A DNA stretch of 62,888 nt, filler included, from Choristocarpus tenellus KU-1152 (GCA_964200185.2; 9 parts of 9 records of this genome joined end to end with filler, not necessarily neighbours in it), one strand, 5' to 3'; positions 22,760-36,090 are shown, counted from the first letter of the whole stretch. Notes: generated by a model from the sequence alone, not told the origin. Numbers and translations are program-made.

Positions 22760-24800
22760 TTATCAAGAATACGCTTTTTATTCACTTTTAAAAGTAGATT
22801 CTGTAGGAACAATCTGATGGTGGAAGGGACTATGATTGTGTTACGAAGAATAGAAGGCAAGTATGGGTTAATGAACTAGAATATAAAAGAGTTTAGGAAT
22901 AGGAAACACGGTAGGAAGTAATCTGTGATTAGTGATAAGTGATCCACAGAATAGGATTGATTTGGTGACAAGGAACCCTTCCCCTTGGGCATGAAGCCTC
23001 ACTCCTCCTTTCTCCTTCCATACTTCACCTACAACTTGTCCAACCCAATACGGGATTTAATCAAATCATTTACATACACAAAGTCTTGGGGACATCAGCA
23101 TCTTTAACATGCTAGTTAGCATTACATATTGAAGTGTGCTAAGTTTTCGAGGCTAGCGTGAATTGATAGGAGGAGGAGTCCCGATGAAGGCGGCCATCTG
23201 TAACAACACATGCGCTGTGAGAAGAGCAGAGTATAGAGAGATGAAACCAACAGCAGTTGAAGGATTGTGGGGAGGAAGTTGTGAGTCAGAGTTCGAGGAA
23301 GAAGATGAGAGGCGGTTAGCAGAACTGTGCACCGTACAAGGACTGTAGGAGAGGGCCTGCGGCGGCTCATCCTACCCCTGTCAAAGTTTGAAGGTGTACA
23401 ATGGCGATGATGATAGGGAAGGATATCCAACGTTAGAGAGAAACTTCCTTATGTGTACTTCCGTGGGTAGATGGAAGGATGTTCTTCTGATTAAAGACCA
23501 CATTAGAGTGAGCTGCGTCATATTTGATGAATCGAGATGAACAGAGAGAGAAGTCCAAAAGGCCAGCATGACTATGGTGGCCTTGTGACGGGTTTAGGTG
23601 GACTTGCAATGCTAATTGCGTAATCATGGCTGTCCTTCAGAAGAGGTACAAGCTCTGAGGAACCATTTTTCGTGGAATGGGATTACAGAAAGAGCAATCA
23701 TGTGTCCCCAGTTAAATTCTCTCCATCTACCTGTGGAGGAAGGTCCGGTTGTGGTCATTATAGAGTTGGACAGGCTGGTCAAGAAGATGAGGTCAAGAAG
23801 ATTATGAGCCTAGCGAAGAGGCCCAACTTAGTGCAATGAATAATTACCTTTCTGAGGAGTATTTCGTCGAGATTGGACAAGTTACTGGTAGAGGGCGTGC
23901 AGCCAGACTCGATCTTCAAAGACGAGCCTGGAAGACCTATTGCATGCGCAAAACACCAACAGGAACGGCGGCGGGTGGAGAGCAATGATGGGGTACTGAT
24001 GGCGAGTGGAACCCGTGCGAGAGGCAGAACTACAGTGTATCGAAAGGATTGGCAATCAGGACGTATGGGGTGCTGGCTCTGTGGTGGACCGCACTATCGA
24101 TCTTCTTGCCCCACCGTTATTTTTCTCACATTCTGGATCTTAGGCAGGTGCTTGTTATGTTTGTGGAGTGACAGGACACAAGGCCTATTGCTGTCCTGAA
24201 CACGCTGGAGGTGTTGGGGTGACTGAGGAAGGATCAAACAATTCTGGGTCAAACCCTAGAAGGAAGAGGAGAATGGGAAAGGAAAGGGGAGAGGTGATGA
24301 CAACAATACTGGAGGATTTCGTTGATTCAAGAGGAGAAACAGTCAGCTGGAGGATTATGTTGGGAAAGAAAAATTCTCTCTTATTTGTCCCTTCTTCTGG
24401 GAGGCTGATGTCGATCTTGTCCGGTCGACTGGAAGGAACTCTGCATCAGAGGAGGATGTTGTGGCATCTGATGAGCTGGCATTAACTGCGACTGCAGTGC
24501 ATGTCACTGGCCCATGGGGACTGAGTGGGGGAGTGAGACCTGCTACGTGTATTGACATTTATCAGATGCAACACCAATCGGGACATTGCCATCAGGCGAT
24601 AGTTCGAAAGTATGCCTAGGACAACGGCATTATTTTGTCAGATTTAGAGGAAAGGGGTTGATGCCTGAGAAAGTTGAACCAGGTCCTATAGTAGTAGAAC
24701 TGTGGATGATGAATGCAGGCAAGATACTGCTGAATTAGTACCTACGAAACCACCATTCAGACATATCGCCTGAAACACAGAGAGGATAATGAATATTTAG
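22760..24800 (+). mobile_element. Decayed Ty1/copia 5' part: LTR (~22760-22960), gag with two Zn knuckles, pre-integrase remnants
   Basis: LTR is homologous to 35912-36090. CWLCGGPHYRSSC and CYVCGVTGHKAYCC (CX2CX4HX4C) at ~24070-24195. Many stops. Confidence 0.7.
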
Positions 24801-24819
24801 GTTCAGGCAACATACCACG

Positions 24820-25620
24820 GCCTCCCCTCCTTTAATGAGACTTGTGAAGCTCCACCCCTCAGTCTCACCAGTCTTGTACTGGCAGCCCTTGCCGACCACC
24901 TGCCTCACCAGGGTACCTTCCCTGCGAGAGTCATCACCGTCTTACATTGTGGCAACCGCCTTGGAAAGTTAAACGCCTTCCCTATTGGGGTTGGTTTCTT
25001 GATTCCTTTTCTCTCAGGAATTAGAGTCGTAGCTCAAGCCTTTTCACAGGCGAGCAGAGGGAGATCGAAGTCTGCCATCATGGCAAACACCTTGATACTA
25101 GTAAGGCCTTCCCCTCAGGGGTTGCCCGCTTGGCTCCTTCTCCGTTGGGAGTTGGAGGCTTGACTCTAGCCTTTTACAGCAAGTGGGGGGTCGTAGAGTA
25201 GTGCCATTGCGGTAAGCAGCTCAGATGTAGCTTCTCCTTTCCCCTCTGGTGGAGGCTTGGCTACTGCTCCTGCTGATGCCCTGCTCCTCTTCGTGGCAGA
25301 TACAGCGACTGCTTCTCTCACTGTGTAAGCAAGAATCGTTCCATCTCCGATCAATGGACATGCCCCTTCAGGGATAAGTGTGGTGACTGCTCCAGGTCCA
25401 TCTGGCGCAGGCTTGGTCACAGCTGCAGCAGCTCCGACTGCATTGCTTCTCTTGTCTCAGTCATCTTGTGCAGGGATCAGCGAGTTAGGAATAAGAGCTG
25501 TTTCTGTGGATTACTTTCAAGTGTCATGGGTACCACCCTAACGTTTCTCCTCTCTTGCGCACCATCTCGCTAATCCATGAGCCCCCCCTTATGGTCACGG
25601 TGTCTAAAACATAGGCTACT
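24820..25620 (-). mobile_element. Possible decayed LTR-retroelement 5' region (PBS-like ggggggctcat followed by an Ala/Pro-rich gag-like frame)
   Basis: Minus-strand gggggggctcatgg at ~25575-25590 resembles a tRNA-Pro-type PBS. The downstream ORF pieces carry no diagnostic motif. Confidence 0.3.
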
Positions 25621-26303
25621 CATCTGTTTGTTACTTGATACGATACAGTTCCACCAGTCAATACAGACTGTTGATTGGTCTTTTATGTTCTGAACGTTAC
25701 TTTCACTAGTTCGTCATCACCACATCGATTACAATCAGAACAACTTAGTACAGAACAGTTGCTCTACGTTTCAGACTCAAAGTATCTGGGGGGNNNNNNN
25801 NNNNNNNNNNNNNNNNNNNNNNNNNNNNNNNNNNNNNTTAATTAATTAANNNNNNNNNNNNNNNNNNNNNNNNNNNNNNNNNNNNNNNNNNNNCTGCTTT
25901 CCCTTGCTGTGTATGTTGCAATAGGCGTTTGTTTGGACCATTGCAGTCTTACACTGAAGTACTCTTCTGAAAGCTTGGTGAGCATGCACCAACATGGTGA
26001 CATACATGTGGATATTAGAGATGCTGAGTGAAAGAGCTGTTGGTAGCATACCATTCCAATTTCGTGTGTGGGGTGAACCTGTCTTGAGACCTTACCATGT
26101 TGAGTCATGGTTATTCTGAGTCTTTCCCACCATTACAGAAGTGTTGCCTGAAGTTCTCTAGGCAGTGCGCGATCCAGTGGTGACCCACTTCGTGCTCTCT
26201 AAGAATTTCATCACAATGGCCTTCCAAGTGTTACAAAATCCTGATGGATCAAGTACGTACACTTCGTGAGTCATCCGTCTTTTCCTTCTCCCCCTACCTT
26301 CAG

Positions 26304-28855
26304 GAAACTGTTTCAAGTGATGCTGATATCCTCACAGCTGTGAATGTAGAGGCCTTTCCCGATGGGAGTGAAGTGTCGTTGGAAGCAACGTTTGGGAATT
26401 CCCTGGTCTTTGATGAGACGACAGGGGACTTGATCAGCTCAGAGGCAATGTTACAGGTGTGAGATTTTTTTTGCCAATGGTTGCAACCCCATGCTTCAAT
26501 TTTAGCGTCAGGGTAGGGTATCACAGGCTATAGTGATCTTGTGTGTAAGTGGGCACCCCTTGCATATATCAGGCACCAGACATCAGACACAAGACCACAC
26601 CTGAATGCACCACCTCCATCCTACCACCCCAGATGCTGGTGCAGTGCTTACTCTCAATGTCTGTTTCAACATATATTTTTTTCTGAATGCTGGGCCAAAC
26701 TCTGGTATGGCCTTGACTTTTGTGAAGGTCTACAGTCTGCAATCAGAGTTTGATGGGGACACAGATGAGTCGTTAGAGTGGCAGGATAAGTACCTCAGTG
26801 CTATGGAGGTGCAGGTGGAGACATTGACACAGGTGCGTAAGAACATACATATATATAGATATACTTTTTTTTTCACAGGAACCTACCTTCTTCGTTGCAC
26901 ATAAAAAAAAACATTGTTGTTGTGTGCATAGGAGTTGCATTGTACGGCAGTCGTCAGTGTTAAATAAAATCAACTCATCCTATTTTTTCTTTCTTTTTCT
27001 TTTTTTTTTCTTTTTTTTTTGAAATTTCAGTCTTCAACCGTGTTCCCATTTCTCCCGGAACTGTCCCGAAATGTGAAGGATTAAATGAATCTCTCTGTCC
27101 CTCTGCGACACTGAAGTTTGTGTGTAATGAGAAGGCACTTCCGATGATGAATGTGATGCCTCCAAACAATAGGGGAATATGGATTTATTGATTTTTTTGA
27201 GGACCGCATTTTTTCCAGTTTTTTTTTCCCTCCATGTAGTGCGTTGGTTTTTCGGGACCTGTGGCAGAGATGTCCTCCGCAGGATGAGAGACAGAAGTTT
27301 ATGTTCAGCAATGTATAGCTTGTTTATTTATTCATTTACTCACTTATAAAAATTCTCAATTGTTGGTAGCTTTGGTCAAGCCTGTTTTATGCACTAGACT
27401 GAATCGTTGTTACTCAGTCTCACTGCGAAGTATACAGTGTGCTTCTTCTGTGTATGTGATTGGCCTGAATCGTGTGAAAGCGGTTGTGATTGGCCTGAAT
27501 CAGTGGCATGTACTTGTTATATATATATTGTGCCCTGAGCTCGGCACACGCACATACTCTCCATGAAAACCTTTCGTTGCGACTCTCCTTCTCAGGCGGA
27601 TCTGTTCTATGCGAGCGATCGGTCTCTAGATGATGAGCTGGCAAATTCTGTGGGAGGGGAGATCCATCTGTTTGTGATCACATGTAAGCACAGGTTTCAT
27701 GCGTGTCTGTGTCTCTGTAGTCAATTAACTGAATATGTGTGTGATACCTGTATGTATATACGGAGAGATTATCTCTGTTCCTCTCAATGTTACCTTCAGT
27801 GTGAAATATTTTGTGCATCATAATACTTAGGGTTAGGGTTAGGGGAGCGGTGCAAGACAGCATGCCTTCTGGAGGCGTAGTGTGGGCAACGGATAGACAC
27901 TTCAGTCTCTATAATTGTTCCGCAATTTGAAAATTGTATCGCGTCAAGGAACATCAATTCGTGTCCAAGGCCAGGGCAACACAGAGACACACGCCAGCCT
28001 CTAGGGTTAAGGTTAGGGTTAGGGTTTAGGGTTAGGGGTCTAAATTTATTCCGCAATTTGAAAATTGTATCGTGTCAAGTAACATCAATTCGTGTCCAAG
28101 GCCGGGGCAACACAGAGACACACTCCAGCCTCCCAAGGATATTTCGCACTTGAAAACCTTAAGTCTATCAAGTAAGATCACTTTAGGTCCAAGGTTGCAA
28201 CACCTGGGGAGCGTTGTTGCCATTGAGCATGTTATCTCAATACCCCCCCCCCTCCCCCCTCCCCCCTCTCTTCTCGTTGATGTCGATCGTGTGCTGGTTC
28301 TCGATTGATCCCACTGCTGCAGACATCCTGATGGTTTTCTTTGTGTGTATTGTGCTTGGTCGTGGTGGTAGCGGTTGTGTTGGACTGCGATCACTCCTGG
28401 GTGGAGGAGGAGTGATACTTGTGGTGCTGGCAATGGTTGCTGCTTATGGGATCAACAGTGCCTTTGGTGAGTAAAATTCGCCATGACATCCTTAGCAAGG
28501 GGTAACTTGGGGAAATTTGGAGGTTTAGAGTGGGAGAGATTATGGTGTGTACTACAGTCACATGCAGAAGAGCAATGGGGCTTCGGCTTTGACCGGGTGG
28601 ATTGGTTGCGAGGCGTTTTGCAGGAAGGAACGCCTTCTCATGCCTTTGCCGTGGTCATAGTGTCCATGCGTGGAAATTGAACTGTCTTGTCTTGGTTCCA
28701 CTCATCACCACCAGCTGCACAGTAGTACAAGCGTGTACTGAAATGAGATGCTTCCCCTCTGTTCTTGTGCAACAAACGCCTTCACAGGTGTTCCTTTCAC
28801 GTCGCTCGCGCAAATCTTGCCGTTTGTTCTTGTTGGTATTGGAATTGATGACATG
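26304..28855 (+). CDS. Patched/NPC1-family (sterol-sensing domain) membrane protein, internal fragment. Exons 26304-26456, 26728-26832, 27596-27683, 28323-28466, 28788-28855
   Basis: In-phase exons giving DRSLDDELANSV...YILMVFFVCIVLG...GVILVVLAMVAAYGINSAFGVPFTSLAQILPFVLVGIGIDDM; LPF..GIGIDDM is the SSD GxxxDD signature. Confidence 0.88.
27827..28133 (+). repeat. Interstitial TTAGGG tracts (27827-27845, 28001-28038) with an ~84-bp direct duplication (27918-28001 / 28049-28133)
   Basis: ttccgcaatttgaaaattgtatcg...acacagagacaca..ccagcctc occurs twice, separated by telomere-like repeats. Confidence 0.85.
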
Positions 28856-28897
28856 GTGAGTGCGATTTGCTGGATAAGTTAATGCTAAACATGGAAA

Positions 28898-29080
28898 GGC
28901 TCAAAGTATCTGGGGTGTGTGTGTGGCGGCTGTCCATTTGGTGCCAATTTTTTCATGTTGTGATTTTTGTGTGATCAGGTTGCATTTATCGGGTGGGTAA
29001 TTGAAATACACTTTTCCTGGTTATGCCCCAATTGGACATCGTGGTGTAGACACCCCCCCTCCCCCCAGATACTTAGGGTC
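28898..29080 (-). mobile_element. MITE family A, reverse orientation, intronic
   Basis: ggctcaaagtatctgggg ... ccccagatacttagggtc. Confidence 0.85.
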
Positions 29081-30539
29081 AGAATGGTGTTCCATGTTGC
29101 ATGTGTGTGTGGGGGGGGGGGGGNNNNNNNNNNNNNNNNNNNNNNNNNNNNNNNNNNNNNNNNNNNNTTAATTAATTAANNNNNNNNNNNNNNNNNNNNN
29201 NNNNNNNNNNNNNNNNNNNNNNNAAAACGGACCCCCACCCCCCCCCCCAGATACTTGGACCCCTAAATATCCTGAATGTCTCACATTATCATTTGTGTGT
29301 ACATAAATAATACTTCAAATCACATTCTCACAAATGGTCAAGCGTAATCTTGACAGAGTGGTTCAAAATCGTGCCGCCCCTTCTTATCCCTACACAGCAT
29401 GTCCCCGTCACGAGGAAATTGCCAGCACTGCACGTCTTTCGAGTCTTCTTGGGCATTGTGGAATGTGTTGACTTACTTCCACCTGATGGAGAGTATGTGC
29501 AAGGACCTTTGACATTTAAATTCTGTTCTCCTTTCAACGAATTTCGTGTTTATTTAAGCTAGGCATGTTACCAACAATCATAATTGTATTGAGTAGTTAA
29601 ATATTAGAACCAAGAAGGCGAAATGGCCTAGCTACAACCACTCTTGGGAGAGATTTTTGTTCAACCCTACGTAGTTTCAAGAACATCAGCAAACTCCAGG
29701 AACAGCATTCACACTATGACCTAATATTGCCCAAAGGGCCCTACAGAAAACACATTCCAACATCAAAAGGAATATAAGAGGTACACCCTCAACAATCACA
29801 CACAATACAACAAAAACCTTGAGCCAGCATAACATATAACTTCACATAAGAATAGCACAATCGCATGTATCTGTTGTGCGTGCAAGATTGTATTTTTTTT
29901 ATTCCTTCATGTCATCACCATTCCCCCTCCCCAAATTCACGGGCCCTACCAACCATGCCCACTGCCTACTGGTACAGCAGAGAAGCGAGACTTCCTGACA
30001 GTGCCTCAGTGCCAAGCAACACACCAACATGCACGAAGTAGGCAGTGAGAGTGTTATACCTACAAGTTCTGACAAAGAATTCATATGCTGTCTGCTGTGG
30101 CAGTAATTTGTCTTGAGCTTGCCTGATATTTTGTTCCTCACGCGGGAAGTGCATTCACACGCCATACACGCCTTCCTGTCACTCTTTCTTGCGCATTAGC
30201 CATGTATGTCACAATAACCAACGATGAGACTTTGGGGTGTGTGTGGGGGTGAATGTCACAAAAATACACAACCATGTCTTCCTGGCTGTTGTTCCCATTA
30301 CAAATCTATATCCAATCCAAACGTGCACACTTGTTGAAGCTGTCCTTATTAAACAGTGTGTTAAGACATCCCAATTCCATTTCCTCTCTCCTCACAAAGG
30401 CAATAATAGCCCCTGCCGCTAGCACGATCAAACCTGTGCAAACTAAGCAGAAATTCCTGCAAAAACGAAAACACGCACACACATACACACCCAAGGAGAA
30501 ACAAAATGGGATCGTTCCCAGAAACAAGAAGACTATTTC

Positions 30540-33430
30540 TTAGTTGTCCACAGCGTTTTTCTTGGCACTGTCCATGCTCGAACCCTCTCCACCCCCCTCT
30601 TCTCCTTGCCCCTCTTCCAATACTCCGCAAGAAGTGTCTGCTTCATCCTGCCCTGCAGCAAGCTCTTCCAACAAATATGTCTGGAGGAAATGGGGGATAT
30701 GTGCGTATCAGTGCTTGGGGTTGGGAGGGGGTCACAAGCCTGAAAATGGGGCAAAATGTACCATCGCTGCTACGGGAAAAAGAGATGGTGACTAATTTAC
30801 ATGTTTAATATTGGCACCACAACAACACTCCATCAATCTGCCAACAAACACTTACACCCTTAAAGCACTATATACCATCCCACTGACCAAACTTACTACC
30901 CAAGAATAGAACATATATTGTACACATGATTATGAACACAGATGGGCATAGTTGAAAGAAAATATCACATTTGGTGCATAGGAACGCAAGAGTGGAGATA
31001 CACACATCTAAAATATTACTGAAACATACATAGTATGTATATAATTCAATCACCATGGAAAACAAAAAAATATAGATGCAAGAGGAACAAAAACTCTCTT
31101 TTGTTCACATCGAAGGGTGTCCTCTGTGGGCACCGACAATGATCTCAGACACACTGTTGTATGTTTGGTATCTACAAGAATAAAACAAACACTATTTCAA
31201 TAGCAGGCGTTGAGAACTCCATCCACATCAGAGGGAGAGTGAAGAACATATGTAACAGTTGGGACAGTGGCATTTCAATATTGTGAAATAGATGGGCATA
31301 TTTCTGATCAAAAATGGGTGCCCTGAGTGCAAGACTGAAGGTCTGTCACCACTCCAACTACCCCCCCTTCTAACCTGCCAAACATTAGCTGTCTTCAGGA
31401 AATTTTCGACCCTCTGTCCTTCGAAGACATTAGACATTGTGAGATGGGCAAAAATACAAGAAACTCAAGCACTTCCCCCTGACTACAAGGGCTGATCCAA
31501 AGAGCTGTAACACAAAATATTTCTAAATTTATTGGATTGAAGGGAACCCCACACGACACCTAACAAAACGTATCAAATTACAGAGTCCTGCACCCCCTCC
31601 AAAATATTAACAGCAACAATGATACTACTACTACAACCGCGGTCTTGGGGATAGAGCACAGTACAACATGCACAACAACGAAACAGTCTGTTCACGATAC
31701 ATTCAGCCACTGAAACATCTTTGACCCCCGTTGCCATCCCCTGCTCGTTAATACACACTAGTAGTCCCACAGTGTCCAACCGAACACAATATGTTTAAAC
31801 ACACTGCTCTTCCTACCGGCCACATTTTTTCTGAAGGGGTAGCAAATCGGCATGCTGTTCACATTTGTTGCATACGCTTTACTTTCCATGCAAGTACAGC
31901 AGTAGCTAACCTTAACAAAAATGTATCCCCTGCTAGTCCAGTCACTATTGTTCTGTCTTATACAATAGCTAAGACCTCAAAACAAAAAAAAAGCCAGCCA
32001 TCTGTATTCCCCTCTTGAAGTGTGTATGTTCAAACTTAGTTTTTCTTTTTTTAAGAACTATGACAGTTACATAGATATCAACAGCTTAACCCCAACAACT
32101 GCTTAAGATATTTCCAATATTGGTAATATTAACTACACTTACACATAATGTATGCATGTGTGTGTCACTAAACCAACCCTGAAAAGAGCTTGCTGAATAG
32201 CAGGCACTGCCACAACAAAAAAAACTCCATGTACATAGAACACATCAGGGCTACCAGTTGAGTCAGAAAAAGCAGGAGACTAATCAAACCCAGCGCGCGC
32301 GTGTGTGTGGTGGAGGGGGGGGGGAGGGGGGGCTTGCTTCACCTTTGGCTCCTCTCCTACAATCTCCTCTGACAAAATGAGTTCGTCAAACATCTTTCCC
32401 ATGATCCATGCCACCCAGATCAGGAAGGTCGAGCCGAGCAACGCCACAAGACCCCCGAATTGGACTAGTCCTGTCAGACTATCGCTAAATGCATTTGTCA
32501 CCAGTGAGCCACCTGCCTTGGACATCCGGGCCCCAAAAATATCAATCCACGACTGAGGGAGGTGGATGAAGAGGAGCACACAAGACGCACATCACACACA
32601 CAGTTGTCCATCTCTTCACGGTTAATTCAACCCATGCAGTTGTTTCTTACAGCGTGCTAGAGACAGGGGCTTGTCAAGTGTACATCAAATTAACTTACTT
32701 ACCACACAAGGGGTAGGTAATACACGTGCATCAAGATCAAGTTTCGCCAAAGTAACTATTCAAGACGCAGCCAACCACGACCAAGACAACTCATAATCAA
32801 AACATACATTCGAGAGGGGGAGAAGACACGCACGCACGCACGTGACATATTACGTTAAAAAAAAAAGTGCACACAATGGTAAATAAAAAATAAATAAAGC
32901 GATCGTTCCTTGTTCACGGTTTGATACCTATCAACAGAAAATTGCACCCGCTGCCATCTAGCTAGCACACCCCAGCAGGACACAACACCGGCTGGAACGG
33001 TGGGTGTCACTAAACCCTAACCCTAAAAACCCTAACCCTACATTCAAAACAACCGAGAAAAAAAATAATAATGTCAAAAAACACAATCAGCTGTTTTTCT
33101 TATTTCCACACACACACGCACATTAGTTGTACACACACAAAATTCCCCTCGAAAGCGAATCTCCTTCTTACGGAGAGACAAACCAACTCACAAAGGATAA
33201 CAAAGGATAACAAAGGAAAACAAACGAAAACAAAACAAGGAAGGATGTCGTCTCACACTCTACCCCCGACCGGCTCCGGACGTACCCAACAACGACCCTA
33301 AATTTTCTACGCCCCTTGCCTTGCTCTTGAACTTCACAGCCGAGGATGTCGGTTGGTAGAGGATCTCCTTGCAAGGATTATTGAGGCTGTACGAGAACCC
33401 CTTCAGGAGGATCAGCGCCAGGAATACCAC
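30540..33430 (-). CDS. TLC/NTT (ADP/ATP-translocase-like) MFS transporter, last three exons: 33430-33320, 32552-32343, 30680-30540
   Basis: [37 protein letters not shown]|[18 protein letters not shown] matches the TLC-family C-terminal motif (K..Y.L..P.KE..Y.P...K.K.K..ID..G.R..K.GGS). Terminal acidic exon ends in TAA. Confidence 0.82.
33012..33040 (-). repeat. Interstitial telomere-like (CCCTAA)n tract in intron; similar tracts at ~15115, 52477-52500, 53742-53760 and 54018-54067
   Basis: aaccctaaccctaaaaaccctaacccta. Confidence 0.8.
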
Positions 33431-34208
33431 CTGTCACAAAACAGACAATAGGGAGGTCAACGCATCACTCGACTCCACCGCTGATAAACACAACAAGCGC
33501 AACCCATGCATCACTCTTGATGCACACTCTTACGTTGTTTTAATGGACACCGCCATGCGCAAGCCAGTTGTTCGTCTCATCTGAACCCTTTCATCTCACG
33601 TACATTCCTTCGACAACAACAGGGGGATACAACCTACACAGTCCATAAAACATCCGTGTTCCAGGTGCATTCCCTGAGAGGATCAACTCAGTGACTCGGG
33701 GGGGGATGGAGGGCACAGATTACATCAATATTCGTTAAAAAAAGAAAAGAAAAATGTACCCAAAGAAAAATAAAATACTAATCCATCCATCAATCCGATC
33801 AAAAGAGACTACCACACCGTGATAAGAATAAAATTTAAAATTTACTGATACAGCAACACAAATTCATGTAACAGTACTTGGCCCTACAATTGACGTACTG
33901 ATCTTTCTTTTCTTTTTTTTTATATTTAAAGTAAATAGCTGTTACAGAACTGTATCGTACCATGGATTAAAAAAGTGTTTTGTCTCGCCAAGGTGTCAAA
34001 CCGCTACGGCTGTGTCAAAAGCATAGGGATATATTTCAACCTGAAACCTGAAACCTGGGGGGGGGGGGGGGGGGGGGGGGGATACAAAAAAAGGGGGGAA
34101 AGGGAGTTNNNNNNNNNNNNNNNNNNNNNNNNNNNNNNNNNNNNNNNNNNNNTTAATTAATTAANNNNNNNNNNNNNNNNNNNNNNNNNNNNNNNNNNNN
34201 NNNNNNNN

Positions 34209-34302
34209 AGCCGACACGTGCGACCAAACCACACCAAAAAGGGAAAATCGAAAAAAGGGTGAAAAACGGACACCGACCCCCCCCCCCCAGATGCTTTGAC
34301 CC
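34209..34302 (+). mobile_element. MITE A-related subfamily (A2), right end at contig start; same subfamily at 29224-29262, 54789-54849 and 57297-57361
   Basis: aatcgaaaaaagggtgaaaaacggac...ccccccagatgctttgaccc. Confidence 0.8.
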
Positions 34303-34439
34303 AGAAGTCAAAGTGGGGGAGTAGGAGGAATAGAATTGATGCTGAGCCATGCACAACCATCAAAGCAACAACCGCAATATGAGAAGAGACTGGTCTACTT
34401 GATGGTGGGAAAATGAGACACACTACCACCTGAACCCAA

Positions 34440-36090
34440 GACGATGAGAGAGGTAATGGAGTCGGAGGAGTGGTCCTTGTGAAAAGGGGCTGTGGATGAG
34501 GAATTGAACGATTTGGATACGAGGGATGTGTGAATTCAAGTACCTCACCCCACAAATGACCACAAGGTGCTTGTAACTAGGATGGTGTTCACTAGGAAGG
34601 TGGATGCAAATGGAGAAATGGATCAGTACAAGGCCAGGTTGGTTGTGCAGGGATTCAGACAAAGGAAGGGGGAAGATTACTTAGAGTGATTTGCGCCTGC
34701 ACCCATTCATGCTTCTCTCCACAGGCTACATGCATTAACAGCGAAGCTGATTCGTGTGTTGATTCATAGGGATGGAAAGAAGGCCTTCACCAAGGCTGAC
34801 TTGGAGGTGACACTGTATGTCGAACAAGCAAAGGGGAAGGCAAATTTTGATGGAGTGGGATTACTGAGAAGGTCCCTGTATGGGATAGTCCAGGCATCTC
34901 GAAACTGGAACTTTCTGCGGGTGGATGCTTTGATGGAGCTGGGATTGGAACAGTCTGAGGTAGATCATCGCTTTTTCAGATTGATAGTGGATGTAAGGCA
35001 GTGATCACCACGATCATCTATGTGGATGACATGTTGATGGCAGAGGAATCAGGGACAGGCTATGCTGTTGGTATCATCGAGAGACTTAACAAGAAGTTCC
35101 CGGTGGTGAATTTGGGTGAGGCGACCAACCAAGGTCATGGACTGCAGGATTATGAGAAACAGGAAAGCTGAGATAATTGTAATGGATCAGAGCTTGTACA
35201 TAGGAGATATGGCAGAATGACAAAGGATTGACTCAACTTACGAATTACGATCAATCACAAAGAGAGTGTAGCAGGAGGGGCTTTTTCGGCAAAAGACAGC
35301 AGGTCTGTTTGAATGATGAGAGAGTGATAGGTTATGTGTCAGGTACTAGAGAGTATGGCATTACCTTCGGGAAGAATAAATTGTATGGGAATGGACAGAG
35401 AGACTGCAAGGAGAGTAGATTGTTTCTTGTGGAGTTGTAATGTTTGTGGAAGGATGTGTTGGCTGGTAGTCTAAGAAGAAGAAAACGTATACACTGCTTA
35501 CTGCTGAGTCTGAGTATGTTGTACTGTGTGAGCTGGGGAAAGAAGTAATGCTCCTTCAACAGGTGCCCATGTTCATGGAACAACTTCAAAATGATTACTC
35601 GGTATCATTGTTTGAGGATAATGATGGTGCAATTAAGATAACTCAAAAAGGCAGTAACTGGAGGTAGAACAAAATACAAAGATATGTGGTAAAACTATGT
35701 ACACCAGTTTGAGAGGTAAAGAAAGATTGCAATTGGTTGTTTACCTACGAAGTTCCAACATGCGGATCTTAATACAAACGGTCTAAGGTATCGTTCAATA
35801 GGCATTCCAGTGCTATTATGTGTAGAATGAAGTGGACTGATTTTTCTGTTGATGATATGCGGAAGAGCGATTGAGGTATTACATTTTCACTAGATTTTCA
35901 AACCAGGGGAGTGTATCAGGAACATACTTTTTATTCATGTGTGAAAGTAGATCCTGTAGGAAGTAATCTGATGGTGGAAGAAACCATGTTTGTGTTCTGA
36001 ATGATAGAAGATAGGTATGGGTAATGAACTAGAACATGGTAGAGCTCATGAATACGAAGCATTGTAGCAAGCAATCTGTGATTAGCGATT
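34440..36090 (+). mobile_element. Decayed Ty1/copia pol (RT + RNase H), PPT and 3' LTR (~35912-36090)
   Basis: VFTRKVDANGEMDQYKARLVVQGFRQRKGEDY; HRDGKKAF; LRRSLYGIVQASRNW; IIYVDDML; AESEYVVL; LFEDNDGAIKI; PPT aggggag at ~35905. Confidence 0.9.

Noticed and set aside
27827-28038. True chromosome end
   Set aside because: Short degenerate tracts inside an intron with exons on both sides.
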